From positions 1 to 49,621 of the forward strand of contig JBLMYI010000017.1 of assembly GCA_050258195.1 (NCBI GenBank): a stretch of 49,621 nt of DNA. Reading direction: 5' to 3'. This DNA comes from Actinomycetota bacterium. GTDB lineage: Bacteria; Desulfobacterota; Deferrimicrobia; Deferrimicrobiales; Deferrimicrobiaceae. The stretch's first letter is position 1. Every line of letters starts with the position of its first letter. Of the stretch, positions 20,162-31,128 are shown in pieces. Below the pieces are notes generated by a model. The model was not told the origin of the DNA. It did no database searches and saw only the letters and a list, made by a program, of their open reading frames with translations. The position numbers and the translations under genes were made by a program.

Positions 20162-22183
20162 ATGAGCTCCCGCGCCCGCCTCATCCTCGGGGGACTCCTC
20201 GCCCTCTACGTCCTCGTCGTGCTGCGGGCGTTCCAGATCCAGGTTCTCGGCGTCAGGGAGATCCGTGACCGCGGCGCGAAGCAGTACTCCTCCGTCATTC
20301 CCCTCCTCCCGAAGCGGGGCGTGATCCTGGACCGGACCGGGACCGAGCTCGCGGTGAGCATCGCCACGAAATCGATCTTCGTTCAGCCGTCGAAGCTCCG
20401 CGATCCGGACAAGGCGGCCGATCTCCTCGCTCCCCGGGTCTCCCGTTCCGCCCGGGAGCTCCGGAAGCTGTTCGCCGGCGAGAAGGGGTTCGTGTGGGTG
20501 CGGCGTCAGATGCCTTCCACCGCCGCGGAGGAAGCGGTGAGGGAGGTGAAGCAGGCCCTTTGCTCGCTCGATCCGGAAACCCGCGGGAAGCCGTCGGCGG
20601 TCGACGGCATCGGGGCCGTCGAGGAGCCGAAACGGTTCTACCCGAACCGGGAGCTTGCCGCGTCCCTCGTCGGCTTCACCGACCTGGACAGCAGGGGGAT
20701 GGAGGGAGTCGAGCTCTCCATGGACAGGTACCTTCGCGGCGAGCGGGGGTCCCTCCTCTGCGAGCGGGACGCCCGGGGCCGTCTCATCGTCCCCGCGACG
20801 ACGCCGGTGGAGGTCAATTCGAAGGGGCACTCGGTCGCCCTCACGATCGACCGGAACATCCAGCATGTCGCTGAGAGCGAGCTCCAGGCCGCGGTGGAGA
20901 AGTACAACGCCCGCGGCGGCATGGCCTTGGTGCTCTCGCCCGGGACGGGGGAGATCCTCGCGATGGCGACCGCGCCGTCGTACAACCCGAACGCTCCCTC
21001 CTGCGCCCCGGTGGCGGCGCGGAAGAACCGTTCCCTGACCGACAGCTTCGAGCCGGGATCGACCTTCAAGGTGTTCACCCTCGCGTCGGCCCTCGAGATG
21101 GGGGCGGTGAGGGCCACGGACCGGTTCTTCTGCGAGAACGGGTCCTACCATTACGCCGGGAGGGTGATCCACGACACGCACCGGCACGGGTGGCTCACCG
21201 CGTCCGAGGTGGTCAAGTTCTCCAGCAACATCGGCATCACGAAGATCAACGACCGGATGGACGGGAACCGGTTCTACGACATGATCCGCGCCTTCGGCTT
21301 CGGGTCCCGCACCGGTATCGAGCTCCAGGGGGAGGTCCCGGGGCTCGCGCCGTCCCGCCACGGCTTCGAGAGCCGCATCCGCCGCGCGACCGTCTCCTTC
21401 GGCCAGGGGATCTCGGTCACGCCGCTGCAGCTGGCTTCCGGGATGGCGGCCGTGGTGAACGGCGGAAAGGTGATGAAACCGTACCTGGTCCGGGAGATCC
21501 GCGATCCGGAGGGAAAGATCGTGTTCCACGGCGAGCCGCGGGAACTTCGCCGGGTCTTGTCCCCGAAGACCTCGGCGAAGATGCGGGAGATCCTCGGGAA
21601 GGTGGTCGAAGAGGACGGGACGGGTACGCAGGCGCGCATCAAGGGATTCCTGGTCGGAGGGAAGACCGGGACGGCGCAGAAGGTGGAGCCCGGGTCCGGC
21701 CGGTACTCCGCGACGAAGCGGACCGCTTCCTTCATCGGCTTCCTCCCGCTGAACGATCCGAAGCTGCTCATCCTCGTCGTGATCGACGAGCCGCGAGGCC
21801 AGGTATACGGCGGCGTCGTCGCCGCCCCGGCCTTCAACCAGATCGCGGTCAAGACGGCGTACTACCTCGGGATCCAGCCGACGGAGACGACGGCGCTCGC
21901 CGCCGCCCGTCCCCCGGGACCGTCGGCGCCGGCCCGTGCGACCCCCGTCTCGACCGCGCCGGCCGCGGGCGCGTTGGTCATGCCCGACCTTTCGGGGCTG
22001 TCCATGGGGAGGGTCGTCGACATCATGGGTGGATACTCGGTCAAGCTCTCGCTCTCCGGAAGCGGCGTCGCCCGGGCGCAGACGCCGGCCCCCGGGACCG
22101 TCCTCGTCCCCGGGACGGAGTGCACCGTGACGTTCACTGCGGAACCGCCGCTGAAGATCGCCGCCGTCAAGGGGGCGCGGTGA
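20162..22183 (+). CDS. ftsI: Peptidoglycan D,D-transpeptidase FtsI (class B PBP) with C-terminal PASTA-like domain
   Basis: SxxK (GSTFK), SxN (SSN) and KTG (KTGTA) motifs. N-terminal membrane anchor. The C-terminal roughly 60 aa (MPDLSGLSMGRVVDIM...TVTFT) resemble PASTA. Confidence 0.92.
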   Translation: MSSRARLILGGLLALYVLVVLRAFQIQVLGVREIRDRGAKQYSSVIPLLPKRGVILDRTGTELAVSIATKSIFVQPSKLRDPDKAADLLAPRVSRSARELRKLFAGEKGFVWVRRQMPSTAAEEAVREVKQALCSLDPETRGKPSAVDGIGAVEEPKRFYPNRELAASLVGFTDLDSRGMEGVELSMDRYLRGERGSLLCERDARGRLIVPATTPVEVNSKGHSVALTIDRNIQHVAESELQAAVEKYNARGGMALVLSPGTGEILAMATAPSYNPNAPSCAPVAARKNRSLTDSFEPGSTFKVFTLASALEMGAVRATDRFFCENGSYHYAGRVIHDTHRHGWLTASEVVKFSSNIGITKINDRMDGNRFYDMIRAFGFGSRTGIELQGEVPGLAPSRHGFESRIRRATVSFGQGISVTPLQLASGMAAVVNGGKVMKPYLVREIRDPEGKIVFHGEPRELRRVLSPKTSAKMREILGKVVEEDGTGTQARIKGFLVGGKTGTAQKVEPGSGRYSATKRTASFIGFLPLNDPKLLILVVIDEPRGQVYGGVVAAPAFNQIAVKTAYYLGIQPTETTALAAARPPGPSAPARATPVSTAPAAGALVMPDLSGLSMGRVVDIMGGYSVKLSLSGSGVARAQTPAPGTVLVPGTECTVTFTAEPPLKIAAVKGAR

Positions 22184-23679
22184 GACTGGCCGAACTCCTG
22201 GAGGGGATCGTCCCCGTCCCCGCCGGTCCCCTGGCGGAGATCGGGATCGGAGGGATCTGCGCCGATTCGCGCTCCGTCCGGCCCGGCGACCTGTTCGTCG
22301 CCGTTCCCGGCGCCCACGTCGACGGCCATGCGTATCTTGCCGACGTGGCGCGGGCCGGCGCGGCGGCGGCCCTGGTGGAGCGCGAGGTCTCCTCCCCCCC
22401 CCTGCCGGTCGTGCGCGTCCCCTCCACGGCGGCGGCGCTGCCGGGGGTGGCCATCGCCTTCCACGGCGATCCGTCGGCGAGGCTGCGGGTGACGGGAGTC
22501 ACCGGGACCAACGGGAAGACGACGGTCACGTACCTGATCGAGGGGATTCTGGCGGCGTCCGGCCGCGTCCCCGCCGTGATCGGCACGATCGATTATCGGG
22601 TGGCCGGCACGCCCCTCCGGAAGGGGCTGACCACACCGTTCCCCCACGAACTCCAGGCGGTGGCGGCCGAGGCCGTCGCACTCGGGGCCACGGACCTGCT
22701 GATGGAGGTATCCTCCCACGCCGCCGCGCAGGGACGGATCGCGGGGATCCGGTTCGACGTGGGGATCTTCACGAACCTCACGCGGGACCACCTCGACTTC
22801 CACGGCGACATGGAATCGTACTTCCTCGCCAAGGCGAGACTCTTCCGGGAATACCTCCCCGCCGGCGGGAAGCGGACAGGGATCGCCCTGAACGGCGACG
22901 ATCCCTACGGCGAGCGCCTTGCCAGGGAGGCGCCCTCCGCCACGACGTTCGGGTTCTCCCGCTCCTGGGACATCCACCCGGAGGAGATGGAGATGGCGTG
23001 GGAGGGGACCCGCCTGGTCCTCGCCACCCCGGCCGGTCCCCTGGAGCTTCGGTCGCCCCTGATCGGGGGGCACAACGTGTCCAACGTGATGGCGGCCGTC
23101 GCCGGGGGTCTCCTCCTCTCCGTGCCTCCCGCGGCGATCGCCAACGGGATCGCCGCCGTGGGGACGATCCCGGGCCGGCTGGAGCCGATCCCGAACGCGC
23201 GCGGCCTCCATGTGTTCGTGGACTACGCCCACACCCCGGACGGGATGGAGCGGGTGCTCTCGACCCTCCGGGAGTTGACGGAGGGGCGGCTCGTCACCGT
23301 GTTCGGTTGCGGAGGAAACCGCGACCGGGGGAAGCGCCCCGTGATGGGACGGGTGGCGGCGCTGCGGTCCGACGTCGTCGTGGTGACCTCCGACAACCCG
23401 AGGAACGAGGACCCCGCGAGGATCATCGCGGAGATCGTCCCGGGGTTGACGTCGGAGGGGCTCGTGGAGGCGCATGGACCGGCGGCATGGCGGGAGGGGT
23501 TCTTCCGCGTGGAGGCCGACAGAAAAGCGGCGATCGCCATCGCCCTCTCTCTCGCGGAGACGGGGGACACCGTGGCGATCGTCGGGAAAGGACATGAGGA
23601 TGTCCAGATCATCGGGGAGCGGCGCCTGCCGTTCGACGACCGGCAAGCCGTCCGGGACGTGCTTGCAGCGGGGAGGTAG
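22180..23679 (+). CDS. murE: UDP-N-acetylmuramoyl-L-alanyl-D-glutamate--2,6-diaminopimelate ligase
   Basis: GVTGTNGKTT P-loop and a DNPR motif, which indicates the meso-DAP type. The GTG overlaps the ftsI stop. Confidence 0.93.
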   Translation: MRLAELLEGIVPVPAGPLAEIGIGGICADSRSVRPGDLFVAVPGAHVDGHAYLADVARAGAAAALVEREVSSPPLPVVRVPSTAAALPGVAIAFHGDPSARLRVTGVTGTNGKTTVTYLIEGILAASGRVPAVIGTIDYRVAGTPLRKGLTTPFPHELQAVAAEAVALGATDLLMEVSSHAAAQGRIAGIRFDVGIFTNLTRDHLDFHGDMESYFLAKARLFREYLPAGGKRTGIALNGDDPYGERLAREAPSATTFGFSRSWDIHPEEMEMAWEGTRLVLATPAGPLELRSPLIGGHNVSNVMAAVAGGLLLSVPPAAIANGIAAVGTIPGRLEPIPNARGLHVFVDYAHTPDGMERVLSTLRELTEGRLVTVFGCGGNRDRGKRPVMGRVAALRSDVVVVTSDNPRNEDPARIIAEIVPGLTSEGLVEAHGPAAWREGFFRVEADRKAAIAIALSLAETGDTVAIVGKGHEDVQIIGERRLPFDDRQAVRDVLAAGR

Positions 23680-23680
23680 G

Positions 23681-25078
23681 ATGACGCTCCCGGACGTGAT
23701 CGGGGCGATCCACCCGTTGCGGGAGGCGGGGGGGATCTCCCCGTCGGAGCCGATCGGGGCGGTCACCGCCGACAGCCGTCACGTCGAGCCGGGTTCCGTC
23801 TTCATCGCGCTCCCGGGGGAGCGCGCCGACGGCGCGGACTTCGTCGGCGAGGCGTTCGGGAAAGGCGCCCTCGCCGCGGTCGTTTCTGAGGCGGGCGCGC
23901 GGAAGGTGCCGGGCGGACTGGCCGGGACGAAGCCGGTCTTCGTGGTCCGGGACCCCGTGGAGGCGCTGGGCGACATGGCGCGTGCCCATCGGATACGCCA
24001 CCGGGACATCCCCCTGGTCGGAATCACCGGGAGCTCCGGGAAGACGACCACGAAGGAGATGCTGTTCTGCCTTCTCTCGCGGTCCCGACGCGTGCTGCGC
24101 AATCCCGGAAACCGGAACAACCTGATCGGGATGCCCCTTGCGCTGCTCGAGCTGTCCGGGGAGCACGACGCGGCGATCCTCGAGATGGGCTCCAACGCGC
24201 CGGGGGAGATCGCCCGGCTGGCGGGCATCGCCTGCCCCGATATCGCGGTGATCACGAACATCGCCCCCGCGCACCTGGAAGGATTCCGCACGATGGAGGG
24301 AGTCGCGCGCGAGAAGGGAGACCTTTTCCGGGCCCTTGGGGGGGCCGGTACCGCCGTGGTCAACGCGACCGACCTCCGCGTCGTCCGCGAGGCGGGCCGC
24401 TGCCGCGCCGAAAAGGTCCACTACGGCGTCGCCCTGAACGACTTCTCCGGACGGATCGTCTCGATGTCCGACGCGGGGATGCGGATCGCCGTTCGGACGC
24501 CGGCCGGCGAGTTCTCCTCCTTCGTCGGGGTCGCCGGGGAGCACCACCTCATGAACGCCCTCGCGGCGACCGCCGTCGCCTTCACCCTCGGGTTGACCCC
24601 GCCGGAGATGGAGGAGGGGTTCGCGGGCTTCGTCTCGGCGCCGGGCCGGTTTCACCCCGTTCCCCTCCGGGGCGGCGGGCTCCTCCTGGACGACAGCTAC
24701 AACGCCAACCCCGCCTCCACGGAGGCGGCGCTGCGCTCCCTCGCGTCGCTGGCCCGGGGGCGGCGCACCGTCGTCGTGTTCGGCGACATGCTGGAACTCG
24801 GGGAGAATTCCCCCGCGTCGCATTTCCGGATCGGGCACCTGATCGCCGCCCTCGCCGTTGACCGCCTCTTCGCGTTCGGCCCCGAGGCGGCCCATGCCGC
24901 GCGCGGGGCGAAGGAGGGCGGGATGAGCGGCGCCGCGATCCATCACACGACCGACCGCGGGCGGCTCCGGGAGGCGGTGCGGGGATTCGTCGCGGAAGGG
25001 GACGTCGTCCTGGTCAAGGGATCGCGGGGGATGCGCCTCGACGAGGTGGCGGCGGACATCGTGGAGGTCATGGCGTAA
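23681..25078 (+). CDS. murF: UDP-N-acetylmuramoyl-tripeptide--D-alanyl-D-alanine ligase
   Basis: [15 protein letters not shown]-loop. Sits at the canonical dcw position. Confidence 0.93.
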   Translation: MTLPDVIGAIHPLREAGGISPSEPIGAVTADSRHVEPGSVFIALPGERADGADFVGEAFGKGALAAVVSEAGARKVPGGLAGTKPVFVVRDPVEALGDMARAHRIRHRDIPLVGITGSSGKTTTKEMLFCLLSRSRRVLRNPGNRNNLIGMPLALLELSGEHDAAILEMGSNAPGEIARLAGIACPDIAVITNIAPAHLEGFRTMEGVAREKGDLFRALGGAGTAVVNATDLRVVREAGRCRAEKVHYGVALNDFSGRIVSMSDAGMRIAVRTPAGEFSSFVGVAGEHHLMNALAATAVAFTLGLTPPEMEEGFAGFVSAPGRFHPVPLRGGGLLLDDSYNANPASTEAALRSLASLARGRRTVVVFGDMLELGENSPASHFRIGHLIAALAVDRLFAFGPEAAHAARGAKEGGMSGAAIHHTTDRGRLREAVRGFVAEGDVVLVKGSRGMRLDEVAADIVEVMA

Positions 25079-25082
25079 GAGA

Positions 25083-26159
25083 ATGCTCTATCACCTCCTA
25101 TTCCCGCTCCATGAAAGCCATACGTTCTTCAACGTATTCCGGTACATCACGTTCCGGACGATCTACGCGGCGATCACGGCGCTGCTGATCTGCTTTCTCC
25201 TCGGCCCCTGGCTGATCCGCCTTCTCCGGAGCCGCCAGATCGGGCAGACCATCCGGCTGGACGGCCCGGAGAGCCACCTGTCCAAGGAGGGCACGCCGAC
25301 GATGGGGGGGGTGCTCATCGTCCTTGCGACGGTCCTCCCGACGCTGTTGTGGGCGAGCCTCGAGAACCACTACATCTGGATCGCCATGTTCGTGACGCTC
25401 GGGTTCGGCACGGTCGGCTTCGTCGACGACTACAAGAAGGTCATCCGGAAGGACACGAAGGGGTTGAGCCCCCGCAGGAAACTGATCGCCCAGTTCGCCC
25501 TCGCCGCCGCCGCCGCCGGGCTCATCTACATGGACATCGGCATCAAGGACACGGTCCTCATCCCCTTCCTGAAGAACGTCCGCCCCTCCCTCGGGTTCCT
25601 CTACATCCCGTTCACCATCCTGGTGATCGTGGGGGCCTCCAACGCGGTGAACCTGACCGACGGGCTGGACGGCCTGGCGATCGGTCCCTCCATCATCGCC
25701 GCCGGGACGTACATGCTCTTCGCCTACCTCACCGGCAACGTCAAGATCGCGAACTACCTCCAGATCCAGTACGTCCCGGGCGTCGGGGAGCTGACGATCT
25801 TCTGCGGCGCCCTCGCGGGGGCCGGCCTCGGGTTCCTCTGGTTCAACGCCTACCCGGCGCAGCTGTTCATGGGGGACACGGGCTCCCTTTCCCTGGGGGG
25901 CGCGCTGGGGACGGTCGCGGTGATGGTGAAGCAGGAGCTCGTCCTCGTTCTGGTGGGAGGGGTCTTCGTGGTGGAGGCCCTCTCGGTGATCTTCCAGGTG
26001 ACCTCCTACAAGACCCGGAGGAAACGGATCTTCCGGATGGCCCCGATCCACCATCACTTCGAGCTGCAGGGGTGGGCGGAGCCGAAGATCATCGTCCGGT
26101 TCTGGATCATCTCGATCATCCTCGCGCTGCTGGCGATCAGCACGCTGAAGATCCGGTGA
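25083..26159 (+). CDS. mraY: Phospho-N-acetylmuramoyl-pentapeptide transferase
   Basis: Polytopic membrane protein with [19 protein letters not shown] and APIHHHFEL motifs. Confidence 0.96.
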   Translation: MLYHLLFPLHESHTFFNVFRYITFRTIYAAITALLICFLLGPWLIRLLRSRQIGQTIRLDGPESHLSKEGTPTMGGVLIVLATVLPTLLWASLENHYIWIAMFVTLGFGTVGFVDDYKKVIRKDTKGLSPRRKLIAQFALAAAAAGLIYMDIGIKDTVLIPFLKNVRPSLGFLYIPFTILVIVGASNAVNLTDGLDGLAIGPSIIAAGTYMLFAYLTGNVKIANYLQIQYVPGVGELTIFCGALAGAGLGFLWFNAYPAQLFMGDTGSLSLGGALGTVAVMVKQELVLVLVGGVFVVEALSVIFQVTSYKTRRKRIFRMAPIHHHFELQGWAEPKIIVRFWIISIILALLAISTLKIR

Positions 26160-26161
26160 GC

Positions 26162-27508
26162 ATGGAACCCTTCGCGGAGAAACAGGTGATCGTGGCGGGG
26201 GCCGGGCGGTCCGGGCTCCTGGCGGCGCGCCTGCTGGCCGTGGAGGGAGCCCGGGTCACGCTGCGGGACGACCGTTCCCGCCCGGAAGTCGAGGCGTCGC
26301 TGGGCGAGCCGATCCCCGGCGGGATCGCCTTCCTGCGCGGGATGCCCGCCGAAGGGGAGGTCCGGGGAAGCGCGCTGCTCATCGTGTCGCCCGGCGTTCC
26401 CAGGGAGAGGTTGCCCCTTCCGGCCCTCGCCGCGGCGGGGGTCCCGGTGTGGGGGGAACTCGAACTGGGGTTCCGGAGGTTCCAGGGGAAGGTGGCGGCG
26501 ATCACGGGAACCAACGGGAAGTCGACGGTGACCTCTCTCGTCGGTGGGATGGCTTCCCGGGCCTTCCCCCGGGTGTTCGTCGGGGGGAATCTCGGGACGC
26601 CGTTCGTCGCCGCCGCGGGGACTCCCTGCGACTGGGGGGTGGTGGAAGTCTCGAGCTTCCAGCTCGAGTCGATCGAACGATTCCATCCCCGGGTGGCGGC
26701 GCTGCTGAACCTCACCGAAGACCATCGCGACCGGTATGCGGCGAAGGAGGCGTATTTCGAGGCCAAGACGGCGGTCTTCCGCAACCAGGGCCCGTCGGAC
26801 ACCGCGGTCGTCAATGCCGACGACCCCGAGGTGGCCGCGCGCCTGGGGGCGATCCGGGCGAGAATCCTCCCGTTCTCCGTTTCGCGGGCCCTGGAGGAGG
26901 GCGCCTTCCTTTCCGGTGAGGAGATGGTGCTCCGGACGGCATCCGGGGAGGAGCGCTACCCCCGGGGGATCCTGAAGATCCCCGGGCTGCAGAACGTGGA
27001 GAACGCCCTGGCCGCGATCGCCGTGGCCCGTTCGATGGGAATCCCGCCGCCGGCCGTGCTGGCGGAGCTTACGCGGTTCCCGGGACTGCCGCACCGGGTC
27101 GAGTTCGTCCGATCGGTCGCGGGAGTGTCGTATTACAACGATTCGAAGGGAACGAACGTGGGCGCCGTCCTCGCCGCGCTCGGCGGATTCCCCGAGCCGG
27201 TGGTGCTGATCGCGGGAGGCAAGGACAAGGGGGTGGACTTCCGGCCCCTGCGGGCCGCCGTCGGGAGAAAAGCCCGCGCCGTCGTGCTTCTCGGGGAGGC
27301 CAGGGAGAGGATGGCGAGGGAGCTGGCGGGGGCGGCGCCGATCACCGTCGCCGGCACGCTCCCCCAGGCGGTGCGCGCCGCCGCCGACGCCGCCCGGACG
27401 GGGGACGCGGTCGTCTTCTCGCCGGCGTGCTCGAGCTTCGACATGTTCCGGAACTTCGAGGAGCGCGGAGAGGCGTTCCGCAAGGCCGTCGAGGAGCTGC
27501 CCGGATGA
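26162..27508 (+). CDS. murD: UDP-N-acetylmuramoylalanine--D-glutamate ligase
   Basis: N-terminal Rossmann segment GAGRSG and AITGTNGKSTV P-loop. Confidence 0.93.
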   Translation: MEPFAEKQVIVAGAGRSGLLAARLLAVEGARVTLRDDRSRPEVEASLGEPIPGGIAFLRGMPAEGEVRGSALLIVSPGVPRERLPLPALAAAGVPVWGELELGFRRFQGKVAAITGTNGKSTVTSLVGGMASRAFPRVFVGGNLGTPFVAAAGTPCDWGVVEVSSFQLESIERFHPRVAALLNLTEDHRDRYAAKEAYFEAKTAVFRNQGPSDTAVVNADDPEVAARLGAIRARILPFSVSRALEEGAFLSGEEMVLRTASGEERYPRGILKIPGLQNVENALAAIAVARSMGIPPPAVLAELTRFPGLPHRVEFVRSVAGVSYYNDSKGTNVGAVLAALGGFPEPVVLIAGGKDKGVDFRPLRAAVGRKARAVVLLGEARERMARELAGAAPITVAGTLPQAVRAAADAARTGDAVVFSPACSSFDMFRNFEERGEAFRKAVEELPG

Positions 27509-28686
27509 TCCTCGGGAAGCGCCATGAGAACCTGATCCTCGCGCTGTGCGCCCTTTCCCTGACGGTTCTCGGGATGATCATGATCTACAGTGCGACGAAC
27601 GTCATGGCGGGATCGTCGGCCCGGTGCGGGTTCGACCCGGCGTACTTCTTCAAACGCCAGGTCCTGTTCCTGGCGCTCGGGATCGCGTTCGCCATGGGCC
27701 TGTCGCGCGTCGACCACGACTTCTATCGCCGGCGGATCGGCTGGATCATCGGGGCCGCCTTCCTGCTTCTGCTGCTGGTGTACGTCCCCGGGGTCAGGCA
27801 CACCGCGAACGGCGCTTCCCGGTGGATCAACCTGCGCATCTTCACGTTCCAGCCCTCGGAGTTCGCGAAGTTCGCCCTGCTCGCCTACGCCGCGTGGGCC
27901 ATCGACCGGAACGGGGAGAACCCGAGGCAGGGGTATCGCGCGTTCCTGCCGATGCTGGCGGTGATGGGGCTGTTCGTCGCGGTGATCCTGAAGGAGCCCG
28001 ACTTCGGGATGGCCGTCGTGATCATCGCGTCGTTCCTCGTGATCGTGTTCATCGCCGGCTTCCCCTGGCAACTCCTTGCCGCCCTCGCCGCCTCGGGCGC
28101 CGCGGGCGCAACGCTCCTCGTCCTGGCCAAGCCGTACCGGATCGCGCGGATCCAGGCGTTCCTCGACCCGATCTCCCAGGCCCGGGCGGCGGGGTACCAG
28201 GTCGTGCAGTCCCTGATCGCCTTTTCCAACGGGGGCTTCCTCGGGGCGGGCGTGGGCGGGGGGAAGCAGAAGCTGTTCTACCTGCCCGAGTTGCACACCG
28301 ACTACATCTTCTCGGTGATCGGGGAGGAGCTCGGGTTCGCCGGCGTGACGCTGGTCGGCGCGTGCTTTGTCACCTTGGTGTGGGTGGGGTACCGGATCGC
28401 GCGCCGGGCGCGGGATCCGTTCGGCATGTACCTGGCCATGGGGGTTTCCTCCGTGATCGGCATCCAGGCGCTGATGAACATGATGGTGGGGCTTTCGATG
28501 CTCCCCCCCAAGGGGATGGTGCTGCCGTTCCTGAGCTACGGGGGGAGCTCCCTGATCGTGCACCTGGCGGCGATCGGCGTACTGATGAACATATCCCTGA
28601 AGGGAGCGGATGGAATTGCCACTGCGGATGATCGTCGCCGGGGGAGGGACCGGTGGGCACGTCTTTCCGGGGATCGCCCTCGCTGA
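27505..28686 (+). CDS. ftsW: Peptidoglycan glycosyltransferase FtsW (SEDS family)
   Basis: Multi-pass SEDS pattern (QPSEFAKF, TDYIFSVIGEELGF, LPFLSYGGSS). The ATG overlaps the murD stop. The 3' end overlaps murG. Confidence 0.9.
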   Translation: MILGKRHENLILALCALSLTVLGMIMIYSATNVMAGSSARCGFDPAYFFKRQVLFLALGIAFAMGLSRVDHDFYRRRIGWIIGAAFLLLLLVYVPGVRHTANGASRWINLRIFTFQPSEFAKFALLAYAAWAIDRNGENPRQGYRAFLPMLAVMGLFVAVILKEPDFGMAVVIIASFLVIVFIAGFPWQLLAALAASGAAGATLLVLAKPYRIARIQAFLDPISQARAAGYQVVQSLIAFSNGGFLGAGVGGGKQKLFYLPELHTDYIFSVIGEELGFAGVTLVGACFVTLVWVGYRIARRARDPFGMYLAMGVSSVIGIQALMNMMVGLSMLPPKGMVLPFLSYGGSSLIVHLAAIGVLMNISLKGADGIATADDRRRGRDRWARLSGDRPR

Positions 28687-29737
28687 TGCGTTCCTCTCCC
28701 TCCGTCCCGACGGCGCGGTCTCCTTCGTCGGGACCCGGGAAGGACTCGAGGCGAAGGCCGTTCCGGCCAGAGGGTTCCCGATCGACTTCGTTCCCTCCGG
28801 CCAGGTCCGGGGGAAGGGGATCGGTGCGCTCCCGGGCGCCCTTCGGATGGCGCTCGGATTTCCGGCGGCGGTGGCGCTCTTGAGGCGGCGGCGCCCGGAC
28901 CTGGTCTTCGGCGTGGGGGGATACGCCTCGGTGCCGGTCGCGCTTTCGGCCGCGCTCCTGGGCATTCCGTTGTTCCTGCAGGAACAGAACAGCGTGCCCG
29001 GCCGCTCGAACCGGCTCCTGGCGAAGCGGGCGGTCCGGGTGTTCGCGGGCTTCCGGGGGGCGGTGCCTCGCTTTCCACCGGGCCGGGCGGAGTTCACGGG
29101 GAACCCGGTCCGCGCGGAGATCGTCGCGGCGGCGCGGGAGCGCGGGCGGGAGGGGCCGCCGGAGTCGCCATTCACCGTGCTGGCGCTGGGAGGTTCCCGG
29201 GGAGCGCGCGCGATCAACGCCCGGGTGCTGGGGATGGCCCGAAGAGCGAAGCGGGAGGGAGCGGCGATCCGGTTTCTGCTTCAGACGGGGACGCTGGAGC
29301 ACCCGGCGGTGGCCCGATCGGTCCGGGAGGAGTCCCTTCCGGTGGAGCCGTTCCCGTTCACCGACCGGATCGGGGAGTGGTTCCCGCGCTGCCACGCCGT
29401 GCTGATGCGCGCGGGAGCACTCTCCATCGCGGAGGCGGCGCTCTTCGGACGCCCGTGCGTGATCGTTCCGTACCCGTTCGCGGCGGACGACCACCAGGCG
29501 GGGAACGCGAGGGAGTTCTGCGCTTCCGGCGCCGGCGCGTGGTTCCCGGAGGGCGAGGCGACGGAGGAGGTTCTCTGGTCGGCGCTGTGGAGCCTCGGCG
29601 GCGACCGGTCCGCGCGGGAACGCGCGGGGGCGGCGGCGCTTTCCTTCTCGCGGCCCGGCGCGGCCGTCGAGGCGATCCGCTCCGCGCTGCGGCTGATCGG
29701 GAGCGTTTCCGGGGAGGGGGCTGCGCCGAATGTATAG
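28610..29737 (+). CDS. murG: UDP-N-acetylglucosamine--N-acetylmuramyl-(pentapeptide) pyrophosphoryl-undecaprenol N-acetylglucosamine transferase
   Basis: [11 protein letters not shown] and a C-terminal [10 protein letters not shown]-type nucleotide-sugar site. An alternative start is ATG 28628. Confidence 0.92.
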   Translation: MELPLRMIVAGGGTGGHVFPGIALADAFLSLRPDGAVSFVGTREGLEAKAVPARGFPIDFVPSGQVRGKGIGALPGALRMALGFPAAVALLRRRRPDLVFGVGGYASVPVALSAALLGIPLFLQEQNSVPGRSNRLLAKRAVRVFAGFRGAVPRFPPGRAEFTGNPVRAEIVAAARERGREGPPESPFTVLALGGSRGARAINARVLGMARRAKREGAAIRFLLQTGTLEHPAVARSVREESLPVEPFPFTDRIGEWFPRCHAVLMRAGALSIAEAALFGRPCVIVPYPFAADDHQAGNAREFCASGAGAWFPEGEATEEVLWSALWSLGGDRSARERAGAAALSFSRPGAAVEAIRSALRLIGSVSGEGAAPNV

Positions 29738-31097
29738 GAAGGGGCTCCCCATCCACTTCGTGGGGATCGGCGGCATCGGGATGAGCGGGATCGCGGAACT
29801 GCTCCTGAACCTCGGATACCGGGTGTCGGGGTCCGACCTGCGCCGCTCGGATACGACGGAGCGCCTCGAGCGCCTCGGGGCATCGATCCAGGCGGGCCAC
29901 TCGGCCGGAAATGTGCCGGAGGACGGCCACGTCGTGGTGGTGTCGTCCGCCGTCCGCGCGGACAACCCGGAAGTCGTCGAGGCGCACCGCAGGAAGATCC
30001 CCGTGATCCCGCGCGCCGAGATGCTGGCCGAGTTGATGCGGATGAAGTACGGGATCGCGATCGCGGGGACGCACGGGAAGACCACGACGACCTCGATGGT
30101 CGCAACGGTGCTCGCGACGGCCGGCTGGGACCCGACGGCGGTCGTGGGAGGAAAGCTGAACAGCCTCGGATCGAACGCGAAGCTCGGCCAGGGGGAGTTC
30201 CTCGTCGCGGAGGCGGACGAGAGCGACGGCTCGTTCCTGAAGCTCTCTCCCACCGTGGCGGTGGTCACCAACATCGACCCGGAGCACCTCGATTTCTACT
30301 CGGGGATCGGGCAGATCAAGGAGACGTTCCTCCACTTCATCAACAAGGTCCCCTTCTACGGGTTCTCGGTCCTGTGCATCGACCACCCCAACGTCCAGGA
30401 GCTGATCCCCTCCGTGGAGAAGACCTTCGTCACCTACGGGTTCTCGCGATCCGCGGACTACCGCGCGGAGGAAGTGGTCGCGGACGGGATGACGAACCGG
30501 TTTGCCGTCACCGCGAGGGGCGAGCGGCTCGGCGAGGTCTTTCTCCGGGCGCCCGGGCGCCACAACGTCAGCAACGCCCTCGCCGCCGCCGCGGTCGCCA
30601 TGGAACTCGGGATCCCGTTCGACCAGGTGCGCGAGGGCCTGTCCGCGTACGCCGGGGTGGGGCGGCGCTTCCAGGTGAAGGGAGAGATCGACGGCGTCAC
30701 GGTGGTGGACGATTACGGTCACCACCCGGTGGAAGTCCGGGCGACCCTGGCGGCGGCGCGGGAGGTCTGGCCCGGCCGGCGGATCGTCGTCGGGTTTCAG
30801 CCCCACCGGTACTCGCGGACCCGTGCGCTGTTCAAGGAGTTCCTCTCGGCGTTCCAGGACGCGGACGTGCTGCTCGTCTTCGACGTGTACTCCGCGGGGG
30901 AGGAGCCGATCGAGGGCGCCACCGGCGAGGCGCTTTGCATCGCGGTCGGGGAGCACGGACACCGGGAGGCCCGGTATCTGGGTAAATCCGCCGGAGCGGG
31001 AGAGGCGGTTCGCGCCGCCTTGCAGCCGGGGGATATTTTTCTGACGATGGGGGCCGGTGATGTCTGGAAACTGGGCGAAAGCCTACTCCCGCGGTAG
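29730..31097 (+). CDS. murC: UDP-N-acetylmuramate--L-alanine ligase
   Basis: [14 protein letters not shown] and [13 protein letters not shown] motifs. Confidence 0.94.
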   Translation: MYRKGLPIHFVGIGGIGMSGIAELLLNLGYRVSGSDLRRSDTTERLERLGASIQAGHSAGNVPEDGHVVVVSSAVRADNPEVVEAHRRKIPVIPRAEMLAELMRMKYGIAIAGTHGKTTTTSMVATVLATAGWDPTAVVGGKLNSLGSNAKLGQGEFLVAEADESDGSFLKLSPTVAVVTNIDPEHLDFYSGIGQIKETFLHFINKVPFYGFSVLCIDHPNVQELIPSVEKTFVTYGFSRSADYRAEEVVADGMTNRFAVTARGERLGEVFLRAPGRHNVSNALAAAAVAMELGIPFDQVREGLSAYAGVGRRFQVKGEIDGVTVVDDYGHHPVEVRATLAAAREVWPGRRIVVGFQPHRYSRTRALFKEFLSAFQDADVLLVFDVYSAGEEPIEGATGEALCIAVGEHGHREARYLGKSAGAGEAVRAALQPGDIFLTMGAGDVWKLGESLLPR

Positions 31098-31128
31098 AGG
31101 CGGGAGGGGCAGGGAGGCTGGGGCGGTC

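Noticed and set aside
22394-22402. Homopolymer runs inside essential genes as candidate phase-variation tracts: C9 in murE, G9 at 34428-34436 in ftsA and G8 at 25304-25311 in mraY.
   Set aside because: They encode conserved Pro-Pro or Gly-Gly-Gly stretches (for example DFGGGT of FtsA) using GC-rich codons. On/off switching of essential genes is implausible.
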